Below are positions 1 to 7,643 of a DNA stretch of 28,937 nucleotides, piece after piece. This DNA comes from a virus (Duplodnaviria > Caudoviricetes), in IMG/VR virus record IMGVR_UViG_3300042363_001610, positions 1 through 28,937 of that record; one strand, written 5' to 3'. Each line of letters opens with the position of its first letter. The stretch's first letter is position 1. Below the pieces are notes generated by a model. It was given only the letters and a program-made list of their open reading frames with translations. It was not told where the DNA came from and ran no database searches. The position numbers were made by a program, and so were the translations under genes.

Positions 1-416
1 ATCACATCATAATTTGGCATAGGATCAAGACCTTGTTGTTGTCTTTGAATTATGTACCTACCAACGGCAGTATTCCTTTTTGAATCGGAGCTACAATAAA
101 AAGTGTGTTTTTTATGTCTACCTTTGACATCACATGTTAATCCAACATAAGCAACTTTTTCAGGATATTCCCATGTATAAACATATATCTTTCTTTTGTC
201 AGGTCCCATGGCATCGTCAAAATAATTATCATAAGCCAATTTTCTTGCAACACCACCATCAACTAAACGGTTATACAACTCTTCATTTTTTTCTCTTAAA
301 TCTTTTAAGTTGAATACCCCGTTTGTGTGAATATATTCTTTACCTTCTTGGTAAAGTTCATTATCGATAGTTTTTCCAACTTCTTCTAATAATATCCTTC
401 TAATAAAATTCCTCAT
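1..416 (-). CDS. GIY-YIG-like endonuclease (partial, runs off the left edge; absent from the ORF track)
   Basis: Manual translation from ATG at 416: MRNFIRRILLEEVGKTIDNELYQEG...KRKIYVYTWEYPEKVAYVGLTCDVKGRHKKH..., open to position 1. IYVY..YVGLT..R..H matches the GIY-YIG core. TATTTAT motif 5 nt upstream. Confidence 0.7.
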   Translation of the reverse strand, partial: MRNFIRRILLEEVGKTIDNELYQEGKEYIHTNGVFNLKDLREKNEELYNRLVDGGVARKLAYDNYFDDAMGPDKRKIYVYTWEYPEKVAYVGLTCDVKGRHKKHTFYCSSDSKRNTAVGRYIIQRQQQGLDPMPNYDV

Positions 417-421
417 ATCAA

Positions 422-428
422 ATAAATA
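422..428 (-). promoter_or_regulatory. TATTTAT motif (putative phage late promoter)
   Basis: ATAAATA on + strand in the 16-nt gap upstream of the ATG at 416; the same motif precedes several other genes. Confidence 0.55.
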
Positions 429-432
429 TCAT

Positions 433-1443
433 TTAAAGACCAAATCTCGATTTAGTTGAGTTCCAATTTGAGGTAATTTCTCCAGAATCTAAAGCTATAT
501 TGTATATATCAACCTTAGCTAATAATCCACCCCAATAGTCACCTAAGTCCCATCTTCGCATAAGTACTATTCCACCATTTGATGAAAGTGATGGTGTTGT
601 GGTATTCTGTGTGTCAATTAGTGTATTATCAACATAAAGTTTAATCGAAGTTCCATCATAAGTTCCCACAATATAATGCCAACCTGTGGTTAAAACATAA
701 CCTGCCGAATTAAGATTCCATCCTCCAGTAAAAAATCCTGTTTGTAAATTAGGACTACTATCACTCCCATTACCAATAATGTAGTTAATCGTGTTGTTTG
801 TTCCTGGAAAAACTTCACTTACTATACATGGTGATGTACCACTATTTGTCCCATCGTAAAATTGCCATACACCAACAGTCCAATTACTTAGGGTAGGTAA
901 ACTTGTTGAACATTCGGCATATTGTGATGATGCAGGTTGGAACCCAAGGAATCCACCAAACCCGCCACCATATAGAGGATTATTATATAATGTAAATGTT
1001 TTACCACCAACTAAATCAGTCCAAACCGTTCCTGTACCAGGATAACTTAATGGGTTACCAGCATCTAAAGATAATACAGGTGAATTAAGTGTAGTATATG
1101 AATTCCAATACCCATTTGATGTTAAACCTGAAGAAGCATCGGTTGCTGCGGTATAATTTGAATTTAACAATGCGTTTGTGTAATTAATAAATTCATTATC
1201 GTTAAACCCGCTAGTCCTAAAGAAACCAACAGACGCTGTTTGTCCAAAAACAGGTGTTGGCTGGCTATTGTCAGGAACTGATTTTGCAATAACATAACCC
1301 AATTCTTCGTCAGGTCCATTCCACCATACTAAACCTGTTGATGAAAATCCTGAGGTTGGGAATCCAACCGCTAAATTACCTACTTGGACTGTGCCTGCAA
1401 TTGTAGATCCTGTATTATATGCGAAAGGTCTTGCTGTTGACAT
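433..1443 (-). CDS. LamG/concanavalin-A-like domain protein, probable virion structural or adhesion protein
   Basis: LSLDAGNPLSYPGTGTVWTDL, WHYIVGTYDGTSIKLYVD and IYNIALDSGEI are typical LamG-like motifs; G/S/T/N-rich. Confidence 0.75.
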   Translation of the reverse strand: MSTARPFAYNTGSTIAGTVQVGNLAVGFPTSGFSSTGLVWWNGPDEELGYVIAKSVPDNSQPTPVFGQTASVGFFRTSGFNDNEFINYTNALLNSNYTAATDASSGLTSNGYWNSYTTLNSPVLSLDAGNPLSYPGTGTVWTDLVGGKTFTLYNNPLYGGGFGGFLGFQPASSQYAECSTSLPTLSNWTVGVWQFYDGTNSGTSPCIVSEVFPGTNNTINYIIGNGSDSSPNLQTGFFTGGWNLNSAGYVLTTGWHYIVGTYDGTSIKLYVDNTLIDTQNTTTPSLSSNGGIVLMRRWDLGDYWGGLLAKVDIYNIALDSGEITSNWNSTKSRFGL

Positions 1444-1445
1444 AA

Positions 1446-1856
1446 TTATGGTTTTATGTTGAGAGGATATTCTCCTACAAAATTTAAGTTTATTGTAACA
1501 TTGACTCCTTTTTTCTTAAAACTATGTAGATTCTCTAAGTCATCCCCATTTCTAAAATTTTGGATGATATTTTGTTTAGATTCGTTATTAATAACTTCAG
1601 TCTCTTCTTTTTTAGTATCAGGGTCAATATATGTCATTGTACCAGTGTTAAGATCAATTGACTTAACCATAATGTCAAAAGATCGATTCAATGCTTTGGC
1701 AACCAATTTATATCTATAAACTTTTTTAGCCTCAAGATCATAAAAGTTTACTATTCCGTCTTTTGAAACAGTAATATTACTTGGTGGGGTTGTATCTTCG
1801 TTAATTCCCATCAACTCTTTATTTCTGTATAATTCCTCAATTAATTTTCTTTCCAT
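1446..1856 (-). CDS. hypothetical protein with LIEE..R.KELM leader
   Basis: 136-aa ORF ending 2 nt before the next gene; upstream TATTTAT motif. Confidence 0.75.
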   Translation of the reverse strand: MERKLIEELYRNKELMGINEDTTPPSNITVSKDGIVNFYDLEAKKVYRYKLVAKALNRSFDIMVKSIDLNTGTMTYIDPDTKKEETEVINNESKQNIIQNFRNGDDLENLHSFKKKGVNVTINLNFVGEYPLNIKP

Positions 1857-1874
1857 AATACAATCCTATTAATG

Positions 1875-1881
1875 ATAAATA
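1875..1881 (-). promoter_or_regulatory. TATTTAT motif (putative late promoter)
   Basis: ATAAATA on + strand, 18 nt upstream of the ATG at 1856. Confidence 0.55.
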
Positions 1882-1897
1882 TTCATTTATTTTTTTG

Positions 1898-1905
1898 TAT
1901 CTTTG
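1898..1905 (+). promoter_or_regulatory. Bacteroidota-type -7 promoter element TAnnTTTG
   Basis: TATCTTTG 7 nt upstream of the ATG at 1913. Confidence 0.6.
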
Positions 1906-1912
1906 TTTTTAT

Positions 1913-2260
1913 ATGAAAACACTAAGATTTTTACTTATTAATCTATTTGTGAGGGATCACAATAAGACTTTGGAGATAATTAACGGATTAGATAGACCGC
2001 CCTATGGTCAATCTTCTAATTCAAAATACGCAGATCACATTGGTAATTATTTACTATCTGATGATTCAGAAGATGAAATTCCTGTGGTAAAACCCAAAAA
2101 GAAAATCAGTAAGATTGAGGTTAAAGAATCTCCTCGAGTAAAAACAAAAAAGGATGAGTTACTTGACGCTTTGAATTATTTAAAATCAAAGTCTGACAAG
2201 TCAAAACAAGACAAAGATTCAATCTACACTTTAGAAGTTCTATTGAAGAATATGTCCTAA
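1913..2260 (+). CDS. hypothetical protein
   Basis: ATG at 1913 (MKTLRF...) preferred over TTG at 1895 because the promoter element lies between them; Lys-rich C-terminal half. Confidence 0.7.
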   Translation: MKTLRFLLINLFVRDHNKTLEIINGLDRPPYGQSSNSKYADHIGNYLLSDDSEDEIPVVKPKKKISKIEVKESPRVKTKKDELLDALNYLKSKSDKSKQDKDSIYTLEVLLKNMS

Positions 2261-5089
2261 TTAAACTTTGCCGTCCAAACTTGCACCTATCTTTTTGTAT
2301 ACAGGTTTGTTTCCGTGTGGTTCTATATCACCAATAGGTGGTTCAATTACTGTTACTCCAAGATCTTTGAATTTTTGGTAGTACTTTCTAACCTTTTGTT
2401 CTGTTGTGTTTTTAAGTCCACCCCAACCCCAAGAACCTTGTACAACATAAAGTTTTGCATTTGGAAATTTAGATTCTAATTCAGTGATTAACCCACTTAT
2501 GTCATCGTTAGTGTTAAAGTTTCCGTTTGTACCAATTACAATTGCAATGTTTTTAACATTTGAAGATCCTTTGTGTTTTTTAACTGCTGATAATAACCAA
2601 CTTAATGTTTTACCACCTAACCAAAGGGAATCTTCAGATCCTTTAGATGAGATTAATTTGAATTCAGTGCTACCGTTTGCAACATAAGGTGATTGTGAAT
2701 CTCCAATTACGAGGTTAGATGGGATTGTATCGTCATCATCAACTATAGATTTAGATCTAGACTTTTGTATTTTACTCATGTCTTCATCCTCAAAATTCTC
2801 TTCGTCAACTTTTTCAATTATTTTTGCAATTGTTTCTTGATCTGCAATACCTGTTGGTTCTATTGAATTCTTCTTTTGGAAATCTATTACGGCCTTTTCA
2901 GTTTCAGGTCCAAACTTTCCATCCACTCCCCATTCAGGAAGAGAAAAACCTAAGAATTGTAATGCCGTTTGTACTAACTCAACGCCTTCTTCATATGAAT
3001 ATGGTTGTTGTTGTTTCTCAAAAGTTTCTTTTTTGTCAAATACTTTTTCTAAATTATTAATTAAATCACTATCAGTTTCTTCACCTTCTTTTTTAGGTTT
3101 TCTAGTATAAGAAACAAAATGTTCAGTAATTGATCCCGCTTTAACTGTGTAAACCTTTTTACATCCTGAGTATTGATTACATTTTTCCTCCATTAAACTT
3201 TTACCTTTTGTTGCAGGATGACCCATACCACCTCTTCTATCCATTCTTGTAATGGCATTTTCTTTATCAACTTTATTAAATTGAACTTTAATTTCGAAGT
3301 ACTTAGGTTTTTTTATCATCTCAATACTCTCCATGTCAGGTTGCACATAAACACCTCTTTGATAAAGATCTTTAAGATGTTTATTTACTTCGTATGTGAA
3401 AACATTTGATAATTGATGAATTGAGTCACCAGGATTAAGGATAGCACTTTCAATGTTAAATCCTGTTTCAGGACCTTCATATTTTACATCAAAAAAATTG
3501 GCACCTTTATTAATGGAAATTTTTGGTGTGTTAACACCATCACCATTATCGAACACCCCTTTAGACCAAGCTCTTTTTTCGGCTTCGGTTATTAGTTTTT
3601 TTAAATCACTTACTCTGTAAGATTCTACTAATTTTTTTTTTAATCTGAAATAATTTTCAGAAACAGGTTCTTTTTGTTGTTCTATTTTTAATTTAAGAGT
3701 ATCAACAAACTCTTGTTGGATCGCCTTTAATAAATCAACATAAGATACTCTTTTTCTTTTTTCGGGATCATCAAATTTACTTTTTGGGTATAAGAAGTTT
3801 ATACCTGAAATATTTGTAATACACTTATGACCGCCTGAGTTTGCCTTTATAACATCATATCCATTTACATAAACTCTATTGAATAGTTTTTTATCTTCAT
3901 AAGGAATGTCTTTATATAAAGTCTGAGACATCTGTTGTAGTTGTCTTTCTAAATCTTTTCCTCCTTTAACCGTGAAAGAAGGTGCGTTACCATAAATTGC
4001 TAACATGTCTTTATATGTAAAACCTACAGACTTTTCACTTGTGTCCATTTCAGAAATTCTTTTAAGAGTTCCAAATGTAACTCTTTGATTATTTAACTCA
4101 TCTCCAAACTTATCTAAGATCTCATCTTTAATTTGACCAAGATCAACACCTTTGAGAGCTCTTTCTTTTTTGTATGGATTGCATGACGCTTGAACCATAC
4201 CCATTGGTAATCCTGTTACTAAGAACTCAGCGTTAGGATGATTAATGAACGGTGTATATCTATCATATCCTCCAGGTTTCATTGATCCAAGACCATACTG
4301 TGAAATAATTCCATCTTCGTAAGTAACACCTTTGTCTTTTCTTGATTGGATGTATGTCTCTTGATTCTTCATCAACTGTTCAATAGGTGCATAACCTTCC
4401 TTCTCCATTTGATCTTTAATGTTCAAAAGAATATTTTGTAGTGATGGTTTTGAATTCATTACCAAGTTTCTTAAAAACTCAGGTTTGTTTTTAAATGCCA
4501 ATAATAATTTATTAGCAACTAACCCCATCATTTTTTTGTTTTCTTTAACACCTTTTGTTCTATCTATTTTGAATAGGTATTGAACAACTTGTTCAGGTGT
4601 AATATCATATTTGGCATAATCAGCAGAATCGATCATTGATATGGTTTCAATGTCGTCTTGAGAGAATATATCTTTTGGTGATACAGATTGTGAAATTGTT
4701 TCAACATTAGATCTTGAAGATTTAAAATTTGTTGAGGTTCCTTGTTCTACACCAGCTTGACTGTCGTGGTGATCCGTGTGAATAACAAACATTGGTTTAC
4801 CATGAGCAAAGTCTACTAACACTGGCATTATTTCTCCTTCACCTTCTACTTTCTTTATTGCAAATTCTTTAGAACCGTATTGAATAATCTCAGCATCAAC
4901 AACTTTGATACCGTTTTGTTCAAGGTAATTCTTCATTGCCAAAGCAGTGGTTACACCATCTAAATCTTGGTGGAAATATATTTTTGCCATTGGGTATCTT
5001 TTTGCGAGAGCTCTGATATCTCTAATACCACTTTCATTAAGGATTCTTTTGTTTTCCTCCTCAATAATTTGTCTAATCAAATTTTTCAT
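2261..5089 (-). CDS. multidomain protein: DHH-like phosphoesterase + unknown domain + peptidoglycan-binding domain + SGNH/GDSL hydrolase
   Basis: YFHQDLDG, VDFAH and HTDHHD (DHH-like); LQFLGF..GVDGKFGPETEKAVIDFQKKNSIEPTGIADQET (PG_binding_1); VIGDSQ, IGTNG and a C-terminal His (SGNH). Start moved to MKNLIRQ at 5089 because a promoter motif and terminator lie in 5090-5141. Confidence 0.75.
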   Translation of the reverse strand: MKNLIRQIIEEENKRILNESGIRDIRALAKRYPMAKIYFHQDLDGVTTALAMKNYLEQNGIKVVDAEIIQYGSKEFAIKKVEGEGEIMPVLVDFAHGKPMFVIHTDHHDSQAGVEQGTSTNFKSSRSNVETISQSVSPKDIFSQDDIETISMIDSADYAKYDITPEQVVQYLFKIDRTKGVKENKKMMGLVANKLLLAFKNKPEFLRNLVMNSKPSLQNILLNIKDQMEKEGYAPIEQLMKNQETYIQSRKDKGVTYEDGIISQYGLGSMKPGGYDRYTPFINHPNAEFLVTGLPMGMVQASCNPYKKERALKGVDLGQIKDEILDKFGDELNNQRVTFGTLKRISEMDTSEKSVGFTYKDMLAIYGNAPSFTVKGGKDLERQLQQMSQTLYKDIPYEDKKLFNRVYVNGYDVIKANSGGHKCITNISGINFLYPKSKFDDPEKRKRVSYVDLLKAIQQEFVDTLKLKIEQQKEPVSENYFRLKKKLVESYRVSDLKKLITEAEKRAWSKGVFDNGDGVNTPKISINKGANFFDVKYEGPETGFNIESAILNPGDSIHQLSNVFTYEVNKHLKDLYQRGVYVQPDMESIEMIKKPKYFEIKVQFNKVDKENAITRMDRRGGMGHPATKGKSLMEEKCNQYSGCKKVYTVKAGSITEHFVSYTRKPKKEGEETDSDLINNLEKVFDKKETFEKQQQPYSYEEGVELVQTALQFLGFSLPEWGVDGKFGPETEKAVIDFQKKNSIEPTGIADQETIAKIIEKVDEENFEDEDMSKIQKSRSKSIVDDDDTIPSNLVIGDSQSPYVANGSTEFKLISSKGSEDSLWLGGKTLSWLLSAVKKHKGSSNVKNIAIVIGTNGNFNTNDDISGLITELESKFPNAKLYVVQGSWGWGGLKNTTEQKVRKYYQKFKDLGVTVIEPPIGDIEPHGNKPVYKKIGASLDGKV

Positions 5090-5094
5090 CCTAT

Positions 5095-5101
5095 ATAAAT
5101 A
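5095..5101 (-). promoter_or_regulatory. TATTTAT motif (putative late promoter)
   Basis: ATAAATA on + strand, 5 nt upstream of the ATG at 5089. Confidence 0.55.
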
Positions 5102-5111
5102 CTTTATTAAT

Positions 5112-5141
5112 AGAAAAATCCCCACCTTTAAAGTAGGGATT
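5112..5141 (-). terminator. Rho-independent terminator downstream of the YceI gene
   Basis: Minus strand AATCCCTAC-TTTAAAG-GTGGGGATT (9-bp stem with one G-U pair) running into TTTCT. Confidence 0.7.
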
Positions 5142-5170
5142 CTATATTTTAGTGTAGTAAAAGAATTATA

Positions 5171-5722
5171 TTATTCTACAATGTCCGACTGTGGTTCCAT
5201 TTCACCAACCAACTCCATCATTTGAACATCCAAATTCAATTTAACCTCATCACTTAATAACACACCGCCTGTCTCAAGTGCTGCGTTCCAAGTAAGTTCA
5301 AAATCAGATCGGTTAATAGTTCCTGAGATCTCAAATCCGTGTTTTGTATTTCCCCATGGATCAACTGACTTACCATTATACTCAACCACCAAATCAATAG
5401 TTTTAGTTGTATCTTTGATAGTCATTTCACCTTTCATCTTACCATCAGTAAGATTCAAATATGTTGATTCAAAATACATTCTTGGGAATCTTTCCGTGTT
5501 GAAGAAATCTTCTCCGTTAAGGTGAGCGTCTCTATCACTATTTCCTGTTGAGATTGAGTTAACTTCAGCCTCAAAACGAATCTGAGCGTCACCCATATCT
5601 TCCATTGTATATGATAATCCTCCTGAGTAGTTTGTTAATGTTCCTTTTACATTTGACACCATCAAGTGTCTGATTTTAAATCCCAAGTCAGAGTGAGATG
5701 GGTCAATTACTAATTGCTTCAT
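5171..5722 (-). CDS. yceI: YceI family (polyisoprenoid/lipid-binding) protein
   Basis: IDPSHSDLGFKIRHLMVSNVKG, SISTGNSDRDAHL..EDFF, DPWGNTKHGF, INRSDFELTWNAALETGGVLLSDEV. Confidence 0.92.
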   Translation of the reverse strand: MKQLVIDPSHSDLGFKIRHLMVSNVKGTLTNYSGGLSYTMEDMGDAQIRFEAEVNSISTGNSDRDAHLNGEDFFNTERFPRMYFESTYLNLTDGKMKGEMTIKDTTKTIDLVVEYNGKSVDPWGNTKHGFEISGTINRSDFELTWNAALETGGVLLSDEVKLNLDVQMMELVGEMEPQSDIVE

Positions 5723-5727
5723 TTTTT

Positions 5728-6063
5728 TTATTTTGTAAGTTTATATATGTTAGTATCTAATTCAGATTCTAAAATCATGTGATAAAACCCTAAAGGTAAT
5801 TCTTCCGAATAAAATGATATTAAATTGGTATTATTTGAAGACTTAACAATTTCACCTTCTGAATTAACTAAATAAAAGTTAACAGGGTTTGACAATGAAA
5901 AAACAACGGTACCTGTCAATGTAATTTCTAGTGGTATAACCTTTGATTCATCAATTTTAATAAAACCATTAGGATTTATTAAGTAAGAATCAGAATTTGT
6001 TTGTGAAACACATACAAAAGATAATAAAAGGACAGAAATAAAAGATAAAATTGTTTTTTTCAT
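5728..6063 (-). CDS. small exported protein resembling a stand-alone T9SS type A C-terminal sorting domain
   Basis: Signal peptide MKKTILSFISVLLLSFVCVS-Q; C-terminal FYLVNSEGEIVKS...SEELPLGFYHMIL...YKLTK fits the CTD pattern. Confidence 0.55.
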   Translation of the reverse strand: MKKTILSFISVLLLSFVCVSQTNSDSYLINPNGFIKIDESKVIPLEITLTGTVVFSLSNPVNFYLVNSEGEIVKSSNNTNLISFYSEELPLGFYHMILESELDTNIYKLTK

Positions 6064-6077
6064 AAAGGGTTTTTTTA

Positions 6078-6085
6078 CAAATATA
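6078..6085 (-). promoter_or_regulatory. Bacteroidota-type -7 promoter element TAnnTTTG
   Basis: CAAATATA on + strand = TATATTTG, 14 nt upstream of the ATG at 6063. Confidence 0.6.
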
Positions 6086-6117
6086 TAGAAATCTTTTAAT
6101 TAAAGAAAGGTATATAA

Positions 6118-6831
6118 TTAAATTTCTAATATTTTCCAATTTCCTTTTTTGTCCTCAACAAGGCATGTTGAGTTTTCACAAAAATCTCCTGAATTCATAT
6201 AGTCGATCTCAATTTTTGGTTGGTGGATATGTCCGCATACCGCAACATCATAACCTTTTTCTTGTGTTAGTCCTTTTGCTCCCATTTCAAAATCAGAAAC
6301 AAAATTGATGGCACCTTTTACAGATTGTTTAATGTTGTTTGCCAATGAATGGTATTTTAAATTAAATATTTTTCTGATTCTATTGTAGATTGTGTTTAAT
6401 TTAATAACAAAATCATAAGACCAACCACCAACAACCGCTAACCATCTAGCTTTCATAATAACAAAATCCAATACATCACCATGGAAACAATAATAATTTC
6501 TACCATCAATTCCAATATGATTATACATTCTAACAATCTCAATATTATTTAGTTTGAATGGTATGAAGTCTTTTAAAAAGTCGTCGTGATTTCCTCTGAT
6601 GTATATTACCTTTGTTTTACCTTCAGATAGTTTTATTATCTTTCTTATTATTTTGGTGCAATCGTTAGTCCATTTACCGTTAGTTTTGATTGCCCAACCA
6701 TCAATAATATCTCCGTTCAATATTAAAGTTTCCATTTCATTTTCTTCTAAGAACTTTAATATCTTATCTGTTTGTGATTGTCTTGCACCTAAATGAAGAT
6801 CACTCATTATCACAGTTTTCCACTTTTTCAT
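6118..6831 (-). CDS. metallophosphoesterase of the LpxH2/PlcP (UDP-2,3-diacylglucosamine hydrolase-like, phospholipase C) group
   Basis: SDLHLG, GDIIDGW, GNHD, HGD, GHIH, YMNSGDFCE plus the amphipathic insert ARWLAVVGGWSYD...VKGAINFVSDFE. Confidence 0.8.
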   Translation of the reverse strand: MKKWKTVIMSDLHLGARQSQTDKILKFLEENEMETLILNGDIIDGWAIKTNGKWTNDCTKIIRKIIKLSEGKTKVIYIRGNHDDFLKDFIPFKLNNIEIVRMYNHIGIDGRNYYCFHGDVLDFVIMKARWLAVVGGWSYDFVIKLNTIYNRIRKIFNLKYHSLANNIKQSVKGAINFVSDFEMGAKGLTQEKGYDVAVCGHIHQPKIEIDYMNSGDFCENSTCLVEDKKGNWKILEI

Positions 6832-7550
6832 TTCCAGTAATTTTGATCTTTAGTGAAGTAGTCTTTATTCTTATGGTTGAAGAATGATCCCAAGAATAGT
6901 TTTGCCATGTAAACTAAACCTTTGTGTTCAAATCGTCTTGGTGGTGTAAAAACTACATTGTTTATTCTACCAAATTTCTTTGGTTTGATTTGTTTGGAGA
7001 AGTGATAGTCTTCAGCTACTTTAATTTCTTCGTCAAATCCTTTTAAGTTTTTGAATGTTTCTGTTCTAATCATCATAAATCCACCCAAACAAAATGGTGT
7101 GGACCACTTTGACACTAACTGTAGGAAATCGAACAAACGGTAAATATAGTTGTATTTACCGTTATCACTTCTGAATTTAGTGGTGACCAAATCAAGATTG
7201 TTTTTGTGTATTCTAAGAAATGCCCGTTTAATTATTTTAGGGTCCAATAAAAATACATCGGCATCCATAAATAAAACATAGGGTGTTGTTACAAGTTTAA
7301 ATCCGTTGTTTCTTGCTCTTGCAGGAAGACCTCCTTCCATTATGTGTAGGTCGAATCTGTCTCTTCCTGAATCATACTCTAATCTATCCCAAAGATATGG
7401 TTTTGTAACTCCATCATTAGATGAATCGCAAACAACAACTTTTACATTCAAAATGTCTGACTGATAATTTAAAAGATCTAATGTTTTTTCGATAATTCTC
7501 TTTTCGTTTTTACAAGGAATTACTATAGTTACTAGTTCATTTAATTTCAT
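6828..7550 (-). CDS. glycosyltransferase family 2
   Basis: VTIVIPCKNE, ARARNNG, VLFMDAD, GFDEEIKVAED, TPPRRF; 4-nt ATGA overlap with the phosphoesterase gene. Confidence 0.9.
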   Translation of the reverse strand: MKLNELVTIVIPCKNEKRIIEKTLDLLNYQSDILNVKVVVCDSSNDGVTKPYLWDRLEYDSGRDRFDLHIMEGGLPARARNNGFKLVTTPYVLFMDADVFLLDPKIIKRAFLRIHKNNLDLVTTKFRSDNGKYNYIYRLFDFLQLVSKWSTPFCLGGFMMIRTETFKNLKGFDEEIKVAEDYHFSKQIKPKKFGRINNVVFTPPRRFEHKGLVYMAKLFLGSFFNHKNKDYFTKDQNYWK

Positions 7551-7609
7551 ATTTTTATCAATATATAGTTTTAAATTTACCTATAAACAGTTTCAAAGTA
7601 AAACTTAAT

Positions 7610-7639
7610 TTTGCCTTAACAAAAAAAACACTATATTTG
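7610..7639 (+). promoter_or_regulatory. Bacteroidota-type promoter (-33 TTTG, -7 TATATTTG) of uvrC
   Basis: TTTG at 7610-7613, 18-nt spacer, TATATTTG at 7632-7639, 4 nt before the GTG start. Confidence 0.65.
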
Positions 7640-7643
7640 TATT

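Noticed and set aside
5093-5101. T4-type late promoter TATAAATA on the plus strand
   Set aside because: It would point away from the adjacent gene; across the window the motif tracks the coding strand as TATTTAT.
5090-5125. Longer upstream starts in the ORF track (5125, also 1895, 10886, 17511, 23349, 26200)
   Set aside because: They run through promoter or terminator elements or upstream genes; the downstream ATGs give proper leaders, signal peptides or stop-start coupling.
6118-6831. Canonical lpxH
   Set aside because: It has GNHD rather than GNRD and PlcP/LpxH2-like inserts, so no gene symbol was assigned.
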